From assembly GCA_964647905.1 (NCBI GenBank), contig CAZYJR010000008.1:47823-111822 (forward strand): 64,000 nucleotides of DNA. The letters are read 5' to 3'. Each line of letters begins with the position of its first letter. The first letter of the stretch is position 1. A program made the position numbers and the translations under genes. The DNA comes from an uncultured Desulfobacterales bacterium (lineage in GTDB: Bacteria > Desulfobacterota > DSM-4660 > Desulfatiglandales > HGW-15). The notes beneath the pieces are model-generated. The model was not told the DNA's origin and did not search any database. It was given only the letters and a program-made list of their open reading frames with translations. Shown here in pieces: positions 35,701-42,549 of the stretch.

Positions 35701-35822
35701 TGATCAGCACCGCGTTCGGCCTGATGGCCAGCACCGTGCTGGTGCTCCTGGTGATCCCCTGCATGTACCGTATCCTGGGCGACTTGGCGCTGACTGAGGA
35801 GGTGGGCATTGCGGGGCGTTGA
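32724..35822 (+). CDS. Efflux RND permease (AcrB/CzcA superfamily)
   Basis: 1032 aa with 12-TM topology and two large periplasmic loops. No outer-membrane factor gene follows. Confidence 0.9.
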   Translation: MIRLFTAHPTAANLLMISFLVAGVLSTPHILRETQPDYAPSEVEIRIRYPGATAGEVEEVVCRRVEDALDGISFVEEVRSDAREGLASIVVEMSDAGEILTFLNDIQTEVDAIDDFPAEVEDPIITELGRTDPVMSLLVSGPMSLPDLKAYSEDLKDRMQEAGIPLIDITGFSEHQLRVSLSGDALRRLGQGAAQVAERIAAQSNDMPLGTIETRETEILLRFVDQRRTPEELENLVILAGPEGGEVRLGDISRVEDLFEPAEEKVVVGGSRSALLNVCKTKEQDSIRIAEQVKAFIRDERLRRPRVELTVTQDQTGILEDRLEMLLKNGVQGLILVFAVLWLFFGGRISFWVALGLPVSFLGAFILVPHLGLSINMFTMVGMLMALGLLMDDAIVIAENIMAHRHRGKSPLQAAVDGTREVAPGVVSSFITTACILGPLAFVGGQIGKVLRVVPMMLILVLAVSLIEAFLILPAHLNHALHGIKENKAGRFRRAFDASFAWVRDRLLGGAVEVLLRWRYPFLGLVTSVFILSLGMVASGKIKFQGFPELEGDVVLARLLLPQGTPLSRTEGVVNRVLEALDRTNEEFKPKQPEGEDLVRNAYVQYNLNTEALESGPHVATVTVDLLTAERRTGTIEGYLATWRREIGDPPDVLSLTLGEPGFGPGGRPIEVRVRGRDLEELKRAAADLKQWFGGFEGVINLADDLRPGKPELRMKMREGAYGMGIDAETVSRQLRASFQGAVADEIQVGPESYEIEVRLAGKDRDSLARIEDFDLFLPDGTRVPLSSVVSWEEARGWARIARFNGMRAVTLRGDVDTRLINTNELMRLFNDTYLPEFKETYPELELSIAGSLEETNTTRKSMLRAMMIGFIGIFILLSFQFRTYTEPFIVMLAIPFSLIGVVWGHGLMGVPISMPSLLGFIALGGVVVNDSILLVMFLKTARREGLSLHQAAARASRTRFRAVLLTSSTTIAGLLPLLFEKSLQAQILIPLVISTAFGLMASTVLVLLVIPCMYRILGDLALTEEVGIAGR

Positions 35823-36051
35823 AACCGTCTTTCAAACGCTGAAACTCCTTCAGGGTTTTGGCCCCGCTGGTGATTTCCAATTTGACCATACCGGTTGTCA
35901 AAACAACATAGTGTTTCAACAAGAAATCTATACGGTCTTTGATTTCGGGTATAAAATCCTTCCTCATGGTCTCCCTTTTGGTCCGGGCGCCGATCGCTTC
36001 TGCTGCGGCCGTCAACAAACCCTCATCGATCAACACCGTCGTTTTCCTCAT
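35823..36051 (-). pseudogene. Degenerate vapB-vapC fusion remnant
   Basis: MRKTTVLIDEGLLTAAAEAIGARTKRETM is a VapB/DUF2191 N-terminus. It is fused in frame to a mid-PIN segment (VLTTGMVKLEITSGAKTLKEFQRLK). The reading frame then runs into the RND gene end. The region is locally AT-rich. Confidence 0.4.
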
Positions 36052-36128
36052 ATATGCCTCCATTAACCATCCAATTGATATGGTTATACGATACATACAT
36101 ATTTCAGTGCGGCTCGTCAAGAAACTGC

Positions 36129-36359
36129 TCATGTAACATTCTTTATTCGAACGGCCTCCAGCGGGCAGGCCTCGATGCAGTCCCAGCAGGCCATGCACAT
36201 GTCCTGGAAGATTGCGGGCGATTCAAAGGCCCCGTCTATCTGCTTGGCCACTTTGTGAGTACAGGCCGATGCGGCCGCACAAAGCCCCTCCTCGGGGTTG
36301 CATTCCCCGGGGTTGCATATCTCATAATCTATCATGGCAAAGGTCTTCTTGGGCTGCAT
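36129..36359 (-). CDS. Small ferredoxin-like 4Fe-4S protein
   Basis: 76 aa. Motif CMACWDCIEACP plus an atypical N-terminal Cys set (CNPGEC...C...C). Last gene of the DsrE/Lpd operon. Confidence 0.6.
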   Translation of the reverse strand: MQPKKTFAMIDYEICNPGECNPEEGLCAAASACTHKVAKQIDGAFESPAIFQDMCMACWDCIEACPLEAVRIKNVT

Positions 36360-36373
36360 TCCCGCCTTCTCTT

Positions 36374-37810
36374 CTATCCGTGGAGCGATCGACCCGCAGC
36401 CTTCAAAGAGGCCTCGAACATTATCTCGGGCAAGGTGGGATGTGCGTGAATGGTCTCGGCCAGATCGCTGACAGTCGCCCCCATCCTTACGGCCAATGTC
36501 GCCTCGGCGATCAGGTCGGTCGCATGAGGACCGATGATATGTACGCCCAATACCCGGCTGGTACCAATTTCGGAGATGATTTTGGCCTGTCCCGCGATCT
36601 CTCCCATCACCTGAGGCTTGCCCAGGGCTCTGAAGAGCACGCTGCTCGATTGAACTTCACGGCCCTGATCCCCGGCCTGAGACTCGGTCAGACCGACTCC
36701 CGCAACCTCGGGAGAGGTGAAGACGGCGTTCGGCACGGCCTGGTAGTCCATAGTGCAATCTCCTCCGGCCGCGTTCTCGGCGGCAACCAGGCCCTCGGCG
36801 GTGGCCACATGGGCCAGCATGACCCTGGAAGGCCCCAGGACGTCTCCTATGGCATACACATCAGGATTGCTGGTCACCATACGGTGATCGGCCGAGACCC
36901 AGCCCTGGCCGTCGAGCTCCACGCCGAGGGAACCGAATCCCTCGATCCCGGAGGTGTTGGGAGTGCGCCCGATACAAACCAAGACCTTGTCCACCTGCTC
37001 AAAAAACGGTTTCTTGTCTTTTTCCGTAGGGTTTTCCAGGAAAGGGGACGGACCGATTTCCACGCTCAGCCGGCCGTCCCTTTCCTCGAGACCGGCTACG
37101 GTCCTATTGAGTATGAAATTGATTTTTCGTTTCTTCATTTCCCGCTGGAGGATCTTGGAGCAGTCCTCATCCAATGAGGGCAAGGGCAGCAGGCGGGAGA
37201 GGGCCTCCACGACGGTCACTTTGGATCCCAGTGCGGAGAGCATGCATGCGAACTCGCACCCGATCACCCCGCCTCCCACGATCAGAACGGACTCCGGCAC
37301 CTCCTCCAGGCCGAGGGCGTGATTGCTGGAGAGGACCCTCTCTCCGTCAAATTCCAGACCGGGTAGCTCAAAGATGCTGCTGCCCGTTGCCAGAATCAGC
37401 TTGTCCCAGGGCACCTGCTCCTCGTCCCCATTCCCGGTCCTGACCCCGAGCATGCCGCGCCCCTTTATGTAGCCGGTTCCTTGGATGTACCGGATGCGGT
37501 TCTGTTTCAACAACTTCAAGATGCCGCTTCTCTGGTCGCTGATGACCTTTCGCTTTCTCTCCATCAAGGCAGGCATGTCGGCACGGGCCGCGCCCTCCAA
37601 GGTGATGCCGAATGATTCGGCCTTTCTGATCTTATCTAATAACTCCGCCGTGGTGATCATCACCTTTGAGGGAATGCAGCCCCAGTTCAGGCAGGTGCCC
37701 CCGACGTCATCCCTCTCTATGACGGTCACCTCCGCGCCCATCCGGGCCGCTCCCACTGCGGCTGTGTATCCACCCGGGCCTGCACCGAGTACGGCAATCC
37801 TTGTCGCCAT
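36374..37810 (-). CDS. Dihydrolipoyl-dehydrogenase-like FAD/NAD(P)H pyridine nucleotide-disulfide oxidoreductase
   Basis: ATG at 37810 after GAGAGGAG. GAGPGGY dinucleotide fold, redox disulfide GGTCLNWGCIPSK, and C-terminal HAHPTLPE His-Glu dyad. Confidence 0.85.
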   Translation of the reverse strand: MATRIAVLGAGPGGYTAAVGAARMGAEVTVIERDDVGGTCLNWGCIPSKVMITTAELLDKIRKAESFGITLEGAARADMPALMERKRKVISDQRSGILKLLKQNRIRYIQGTGYIKGRGMLGVRTGNGDEEQVPWDKLILATGSSIFELPGLEFDGERVLSSNHALGLEEVPESVLIVGGGVIGCEFACMLSALGSKVTVVEALSRLLPLPSLDEDCSKILQREMKKRKINFILNRTVAGLEERDGRLSVEIGPSPFLENPTEKDKKPFFEQVDKVLVCIGRTPNTSGIEGFGSLGVELDGQGWVSADHRMVTSNPDVYAIGDVLGPSRVMLAHVATAEGLVAAENAAGGDCTMDYQAVPNAVFTSPEVAGVGLTESQAGDQGREVQSSSVLFRALGKPQVMGEIAGQAKIISEIGTSRVLGVHIIGPHATDLIAEATLAVRMGATVSDLAETIHAHPTLPEIMFEASLKAAGRSLHG

Positions 37811-37830
37811 GGGTCTCCTCTCCCGCTCCT

Positions 37831-38163
37831 TCAAAGAATTCCTATGACGCGATCACAGGAATCCATTAAATCAACCAGAGATTCATATGAACCCGTCAAA
37901 ACTTCCTGCCCGGCGGTGCCCACCTCGATGCCCCGCAGCCGGGCGTCGTCGCTCAGGACATGGACCTCCGCTTTCATATCCATCAGCTTACGGAGATCAA
38001 CGGGCCCTGGAGTCCTTGTCCCGAGAGAGCAAAAGCGGACGCCCTCTTGCAGCAGGAAAAGGCTTACGCTGTGACCTTTTGCAAGCATGTCCTCGGCGGT
38101 CTGGAGCGCACGCCCGGCATTGTCGGTCCCGGGCCCGCTCTTGAGAAGAAGGCCTATCTTCAT
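37831..38163 (-). CDS. DsrE/DsrF/DsrH-family protein (third of three)
   Basis: 110 aa. MKIGLLLKSGPG...SVSLFLLQEGV pattern typical of the DsrE-fold family. Confidence 0.65.
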   Translation of the reverse strand: MKIGLLLKSGPGTDNAGRALQTAEDMLAKGHSVSLFLLQEGVRFCSLGTRTPGPVDLRKLMDMKAEVHVLSDDARLRGIEVGTAGQEVLTGSYESLVDLMDSCDRVIGIL

Positions 38164-38178
38164 GATCCAGCTCCTTTA

Positions 38179-38559
38179 TCAGAATATGAGTTGGAGGCTC
38201 GTTGACGTCATCAGCTCTGATAACTTTTGGCGATCAATGATCTCCAACTCTTCAACCAGGTCATCTTCACCGAGGCCCCGTTTATCGAGCGACTCTTTCT
38301 CTACGTAGAACTCTGCGGGCGTCTCCTTCTTCTCGTATAGTCCCTTTGCAATGACCTCCTCCAAGGTTTCGCTCATTGACAGCCACGGTCGCTCGCCCGG
38401 GTCTTGATCCGCTTTGGCCAAGTAGACCCCGTCATCGATCAAGACGAAGACCGGCCGAAACCCCATGGCTATGGCGCCGTTTGTATGGCGAAGCCCCTCG
38501 GCCGCCTGAAACCCCCCGTAAGGCCCCCTGCGGACGACTATCAGAACATCCTGGGTCAT
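38179..38559 (-). CDS. DsrE/DsrF-family protein (Cys-less, DsrF/TusC-like position)
   Basis: 126 aa with SD AAAGGAGGAAG. VLIVVRRGPYGG...VFVLIDDGVY pattern and no cysteine. Confidence 0.65.
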   Translation of the reverse strand: MTQDVLIVVRRGPYGGFQAAEGLRHTNGAIAMGFRPVFVLIDDGVYLAKADQDPGERPWLSMSETLEEVIAKGLYEKKETPAEFYVEKESLDKRGLGEDDLVEELEIIDRQKLSELMTSTSLQLIF

Positions 38560-38574
38560 GACTTCCTCCTTTGC

Positions 38575-38928
38575 CTAAGGACCCACATTCAAGACTACGT
38601 CGGTCTCACTCAGGATTTGAAAAAGGCTCTTCAAGGTGCCGGGAGCGGCGCCCTCTATGAACTGCTCTTTTCGCAGACCGCGAAAACTAAAGCAGGTCCC
38701 TCAGAGATCCACCCGAACCCCCTGTTCAATCAGATCGGCGAAGCCCTTCTCGGCATTGGGCGCTCCCGACGCCCTCTGCCCCTTCAAGAACCCGTAAGTG
38801 CCGTCGCCCGAGCCCACCACGGTCAAGCCATGTCCCTTGCTCTTTGCGGCCTTCGCGATCCCCAGGACGGTATCCATGTCCTGGCCGCTGTAAGGCGACG
38901 AACTCAGCATCAAGGTGATATTTTTCAT
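38575..38928 (-). CDS. DsrE-like selenoprotein (in-frame UGA = Sec at codon 76)
   Basis: ATG at 38928 (MKNITLMLSSSPYSG...). TGA at 38703-38701, then 41 further in-frame codons (GTCFSFRGLRKEQFIEG...DVVLNVGP) to TAG at 38575. The UGA sits where DsrE/TusD carry the conserved active-site Cys (V-C-G-x-C). A SECIS-like hairpin follows. Confidence 0.7.
38662..38695 (-). other. SECIS-like hairpin downstream of the DsrE UGA
   Basis: RNA CUGCU-UUAG-UUUUCGC-GGUCU-GCGAAAA-G-AGCAG: 12 bp in total, starting 6 nt after the UGA. The apical GGUCUG is identical to the E. coli fdhF SECIS loop as I recall it. Confidence 0.6.
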
Positions 38929-38965
38929 TGATCTTCGCGCCTCCTTTTCTGATAGTCTTGGTGTC

Positions 38966-39418
38966 TCAGTCAGGATTCCTTTCTCTTTGGAGCTTGGATA
39001 TAAGAAATCTAGCGCCCCTGCGGGAGAGCCCGAGCCTCCCTGCAAGGGTCTCCTCATCCACGGGTCCCTCGGCCCTGAGGATCTCGAGCACCTCGGCCTC
39101 CAGCTCATCCAGCCAGTCCTCGAACAGGACAAGCAGCTCCGGATCCGCGATGGCCCGCAGCTGTTCGGACTGAGTCACCTTGTCCACCAGGCTGCGGCAC
39201 ATCTGCGTTGGGTCGACACCTTCGCCCATGCACTCGGCCAGTCACAGATACACCAGGCCGGACACCTTGTCCCCCTCGGATCCCCCGATCATATTCATGA
39301 GAAACCGTTCACGGGCCTCTTCATCCAGGTCCGCGAGAAGCCTTCCCAGGACTTCGGTGATCTTGGACAGGGCCTCTTCAGGATCCATTCCGGCGACGGC
39401 TTGTAGGAGTTCGTTCAT
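38966..39418 (-). CDS. Candidate selenoprotein with C-terminal winged-helix (AsnC/Lrp-type HTH) domain; in-frame UGA at codon 59
   Basis: ATG at 39418 (GGAG 4 nt upstream), 58 codons, TGA at 39244-39242, then the same frame continues into the 87-aa track ORF, whose own ATG lacks an SD. Context is ...SGLVYL-U-LAEC.... C-terminal EILRAEGPVDEETLAGRLGLSRRGARFLISKLQ. Confidence 0.5.
39204..39232 (-). other. SECIS-like hairpin downstream of the second UGA
   Basis: GGGCGA-AGGUG-UCG(A)CCC with a bulged A and outer pairs. The loop GGU falls at +22..+24 after the UGA, exactly as in the DsrE gene. Confidence 0.45.
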
Positions 39419-39442
39419 TTTACTCCACGCCCCTCCGTGGCA

Positions 39443-39778
39443 TCAAAAGGTTAAGGAGGCGTTCCTGGAGGCCAAGAGCTCGGCCGCCACACCGCTCAGC
39501 TCGCCTATCACATCCAGGATCCTGTGATCCGCCAGTTCGTAGTAGACAAACGGTCCCTTGCGCTCCACCCTCACCAGCAACGAGCGTTTGAGCTCCTTCA
39601 AGTGGTGCGATACCAACGGCTGCGACAACTCCAGCTCCTCCACGATGGCAGAGACCGATTTCTTCCCCCCGCTGAGGAGCAGCAGTATTCTCAAGCGGTT
39701 GCCGTCCGAGAGGCACTTGGCCAGAAAGGCCGCCAGCTGCAGGTGATCGTCATCCAAACCTGGCACACCCTTTTTCAA
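39443..39778 (-). CDS. ArsR/SmtB-family transcriptional regulator
   Basis: NRLRILLLLSGGKKSVSAIVEELELSQPLVSHHLKELKRSLLV...FVYYEL. The start (TTG at 39778 or a downstream GTG) is uncertain. Confidence 0.85.
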   Translation of the reverse strand: MKKGVPGLDDDHLQLAAFLAKCLSDGNRLRILLLLSGGKKSVSAIVEELELSQPLVSHHLKELKRSLLVRVERKGPFVYYELADHRILDVIGELSGVAAELLASRNASLTF

Positions 39779-39801
39779 TATATAAATGAATATTTATATA
39801 T
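39778..39801. promoter_or_regulatory. AT-rich 10-4-10 perfect inverted repeat (candidate ArsR operator)
   Basis: ATATATAAAT-GAAT-ATTTATATAT immediately upstream of arsR. 19 of 21 nt are shared with the element at 40581-40600. Confidence 0.5.
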
Positions 39802-40420
39802 CATGAGTCCCCTTGTCAACGACGATTTGATCCCCCCCTATCGGCTCTTGTGGCTGCTTCAGTCCCAGCAGACCATAATGATATGGAGGCAAATCAATGG
39901 TACCCCCTTCGATTGAAAACCCGGCCTGCTCGATCCATAGGCGGCATTCAGAAGGGCGCGGCCGGATTCCCATTGAAGGGCCGCGAGGGGTGGCGGGATC
40001 GTAGTTCCAGTGGATGACCGCCACCCGACCCCCGGGTCTGAGGATGCGCCGGGCCTCGCCCAGCAATGCGAGGGGGTCTTCGGCGTGCATGATGTTGAAA
40101 AGCATTGCCAGGTCCACCGAATCCGGCGGGAGCCCGGAGCCTTGGCCTACGAAGTCGCGCAAATGAGTCTTGACGTTCCCGCAACCCATCTCTCGAGCAC
40201 GGCGCCCGCATTCCTCTATCATGGCGGGTTCGATGTCCAGGCAATGGATAGTCCCGCTTATCCTCTTGGCGGCGGGAACCGCAAAGGTCCCATACCCGCA
40301 GCCGAAGTCCACGGCGTCCCGTACGGTCCGGTCCACCCTCAGAGCGGTGAATATCCGGTCCAGGTCAAAGAACGACTCCCATGCCTCCTCGTCCGGCATG
40401 TCGCTTTCCCGGGTCTTCAT
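39794..40420 (-). CDS. Class I SAM-dependent methyltransferase
   Basis: 208 aa. Motif I VDFGCGYGTF and post-I LDIEPAM; RILRPGGRVAV. Confidence 0.8.
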   Translation of the reverse strand: MKTRESDMPDEEAWESFFDLDRIFTALRVDRTVRDAVDFGCGYGTFAVPAAKRISGTIHCLDIEPAMIEECGRRAREMGCGNVKTHLRDFVGQGSGLPPDSVDLAMLFNIMHAEDPLALLGEARRILRPGGRVAVIHWNYDPATPRGPSMGIRPRPSECRLWIEQAGFSIEGGTIDLPPYHYGLLGLKQPQEPIGGDQIVVDKGTHDI

Positions 40421-40453
40421 TCCGGCTTCCTCCCGCTCCCCCGCCTCGAGCTG

Positions 40454-40540
40454 TCAAGCGGCCTCCGCCGGCAGGCTGAGCGCTCCTTTGCGGCATGCGG
40501 CAACGCACAGGTTGCACTTCAGGCAGTCCCCGTCTCGCAC
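40454..40540 (-). CDS. Candidate 28-aa mini-ferredoxin sORF
   Basis: GTG after GGGGGAGGAG. Encodes (M)RDGDCLKCNLCVAACRKGALSLPAEAA with a single C-x2-C-x2-C-x3-C motif. Lies 33 nt upstream of the methyltransferase and is below the ORF-track size cut-off. Confidence 0.3.
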   Translation of the reverse strand: MRDGDCLKCNLCVAACRKGALSLPAEAA

Positions 40541-40580
40541 GATTTCCACTCCTCCCCCTCACGGCCGAGATGCCAACACC

Positions 40581-40600
40581 AAATAAATGTATATTTATAT
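40581..40600. promoter_or_regulatory. Second copy of the AT-rich ArsR-type operator-like element
   Basis: AAATAAATGTATATTTATAT (core ATAAAT-GTAT-ATTTAT), lying between tauE and the sORF/methyltransferase. Confidence 0.45.
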
Positions 40601-40670
40601 GTTGTTGGAGCGTTTGTCAATCAAAATCTTCCAGCCAGCACGGCGGCTCTTCGACTGAGCCGCAGCGATC

Positions 40671-41462
40671 TCAAATGATCCCGGAGGCCAGGGCCATGGC
40701 GATCCCGAAGAGAAGCAGGCCGGTCAAGGTCTGGACTGCACGCATGGTGACTTTGTGAAGAAACCGCCGGCCTATGAGCACGCCGGCGAACGCGGCAAGG
40801 ATTCCCGCGGCGATCAAGGGCCATTGTTCAGGCCCGAGCGGATTCGCCGCCTCCGCCAGGAAGAATGCGGCCGCATAGGTCGCGATCCGCGCCGTGTCCA
40901 CCATGAAACCGATCATGGCGTTGGTTCCCACAAACGCCTCGGTGGAAACGGCCGTCTTTGCAAGAAAGGCGGAGCGAAGCGCCCCCTGGTGCCCTGAGAA
41001 CCCTCCGAAGAAGCCTGACAGGAGACCACCCAGGACCAAGTGCCGGGGTTCGAACTGGACCGCCCTCAGGCGCGGCAGGAGCTCGAACAACGCGAAGGCC
41101 AGCATGAGGGCACCCATGGCGAGCTTCACAGGGGTAATCACCGCCATCCTGGGGCCCAGTGAATACCTGGCTATCTCCCCCAGATGGGATACATACCCCA
41201 GCGCGGCGGCACCCGCGAAAGCCGCCCCTATGGCGGGAATCCCGAATCGAAGGACAAGCCCCCGGTCCATGTGCCTGCCGACGACGGCGATCTTGAAGGC
41301 GTTGTTCGCGCCGTGGACCACTGCAGTGGCCGCGACCGCCACCTCCACCGGAAAGAATAAGGCGAAAACAGGCATGAGAAGGGTCCCCAGCCCGAACCCT
41401 GAAAAGAGGGTCAACCCCGAGACCAAGAGCGCCGCACAGGGCACCACGATGAACTCCATCAT
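40671..41462 (-). CDS. TauE/SafE (DUF81) family anion exporter
   Basis: 263 aa, about 8 TM segments, Gly-rich internally duplicated pattern typical of TauE/SafE. Confidence 0.75.
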   Translation of the reverse strand: MMEFIVVPCAALLVSGLTLFSGFGLGTLLMPVFALFFPVEVAVAATAVVHGANNAFKIAVVGRHMDRGLVLRFGIPAIGAAFAGAAALGYVSHLGEIARYSLGPRMAVITPVKLAMGALMLAFALFELLPRLRAVQFEPRHLVLGGLLSGFFGGFSGHQGALRSAFLAKTAVSTEAFVGTNAMIGFMVDTARIATYAAAFFLAEAANPLGPEQWPLIAAGILAAFAGVLIGRRFLHKVTMRAVQTLTGLLLFGIAMALASGII

Positions 41463-41511
41463 TCGCTCCTATGCCCCCCGGGCATCCCGGAGGCTCGTAT
41501 TCCAGCATGCA

Positions 41512-41865
41512 TCATTCACCTTTGGGCCTTCCTTCGTCTTCACCGAGCACCACCTCGCGGTAGAGCTCCTCTACCCGGCTCTTCACGAACTCCAGCGCCT
41601 GCCGGCCGCCCGGGGTCAATGAGTACTCCTTCCTGGCCCGCGGACCCCGGCCCGGATCCTTCCTGCACTCCAGCCATCCGCGCCCCTCCAGCCTGGCCAA
41701 CAGGGGGTAAATCGTCCCCGGGCTGACCTCGTAGCCGTGTCTTCGAAGCTCCCGGATCATCCACTGCCCCACCACCGGGCCCCGGGCGGCGTGGTGAAGG
41801 ATGTGAACCTTCCAGAACCCGAGCAGGATCTCCCTTTGAAACGCCTTGGTCTCCGATGTGTCCAT
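41512..41865 (-). CDS. PadR-family transcriptional regulator
   Basis: HGYEVSPGTIYPLLARLEGRGWL is the PadR wHTH signature. Confidence 0.85.
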   Translation of the reverse strand: MDTSETKAFQREILLGFWKVHILHHAARGPVVGQWMIRELRRHGYEVSPGTIYPLLARLEGRGWLECRKDPGRGPRARKEYSLTPGGRQALEFVKSRVEELYREVVLGEDEGRPKGE

Positions 41866-41973
41866 GGGGTCCTCCTCAACACATAACGCTTAGCATAATC
41901 GATAACCGTAAAGAAGTCAGCCCTATTGGACCCTCCTGTGGACGACAGGCCTCTTGACTCTAAGTGTAAATTG

Positions 41974-41991
41974 ATGCATATTCGTATGCAT
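41974..41991. promoter_or_regulatory. 7-bp inverted repeat overlapping the vapB start (candidate autoregulatory operator)
   Basis: ATGCATA-TTCG-TATGCAT. A TTGACT -35-like box lies at 41954. Confidence 0.35.
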
Positions 41992-42187
41992 GCGTACAAC
42001 GTTAAACATTGATGATGAAACTCTTGAAAGGGCCATGCAGCTCACCGGCATTCGAGAGAAGACCGCGCTGGTCAGGCGGGGACTGGAAGCCCTGATCGCT
42101 CAAGAGAGCAGCAAACGCCTGGCCAAGCTGGGCGGCACCGAAGGCCGGCTTGAGCAGCCCCGAAGGCGGCGCCCACCGGGCTTCTAG
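41990..42187 (+). CDS. vapB: VapB-type (DUF2191) antitoxin
   Basis: MRTTLNIDDETLERAMQLTGIREKTALVRRGLEALI is the canonical family N-terminus. Confidence 0.8.
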   Translation: MRTTLNIDDETLERAMQLTGIREKTALVRRGLEALIAQESSKRLAKLGGTEGRLEQPRRRRPPGF

Positions 42188-42549
42188 TGATGGTGCTCGT
42201 GGACACCTCTATCTGGGTTGACCATTTTAGGCGTGGAAACCGCCGCCTCAAGGCCCTTCTCCTGGACGCCCAAGTCGCCTGTCATCCCTTCGTAATAGGA
42301 GAGCTCGCCTGCGGCAACCTGGAAAACCGAGCTGAAATCCTCGCCCTTCTCGTCTCACTTCCAGCGCCACCGATTCTGTCCCGGGAGGAGTTCCTTCATT
42401 TCATAGACCGGCATCGCCTTATGGGCCGGGGGATCGGGTTCGTGGATGTCCACCTCCTTGCCTCGGCCCGCATTTCGGGACTGCAGTTGTGGACCTCTGA
42501 TAAGAGGCTCTTATCCGCAGCCCGGGAACTAGGCCTGTCATATGGTTGA
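42187..42549 (+). CDS. vapC: VapC PIN-domain ribonuclease toxin
   Basis: LVDTSIWVDHFR...VIGELACG... PIN acidic residues. Its start overlaps the vapB stop. Confidence 0.85.
   Translation: MMVLVDTSIWVDHFRRGNRRLKALLLDAQVACHPFVIGELACGNLENRAEILALLVSLPAPPILSREEFLHFIDRHRLMGRGIGFVDVHLLASARISGLQLWTSDKRLLSAARELGLSYG

Noticed and set aside
41951-41970. TTGACTCTAAGTGTAA, which resembles the 14-bp TTGACTTARGTCAA box.
   Set aside because: It has an insertion and a mismatched right half-site. It is better explained as the -35 region of the vapBC promoter, so it is not counted as a sixth copy.
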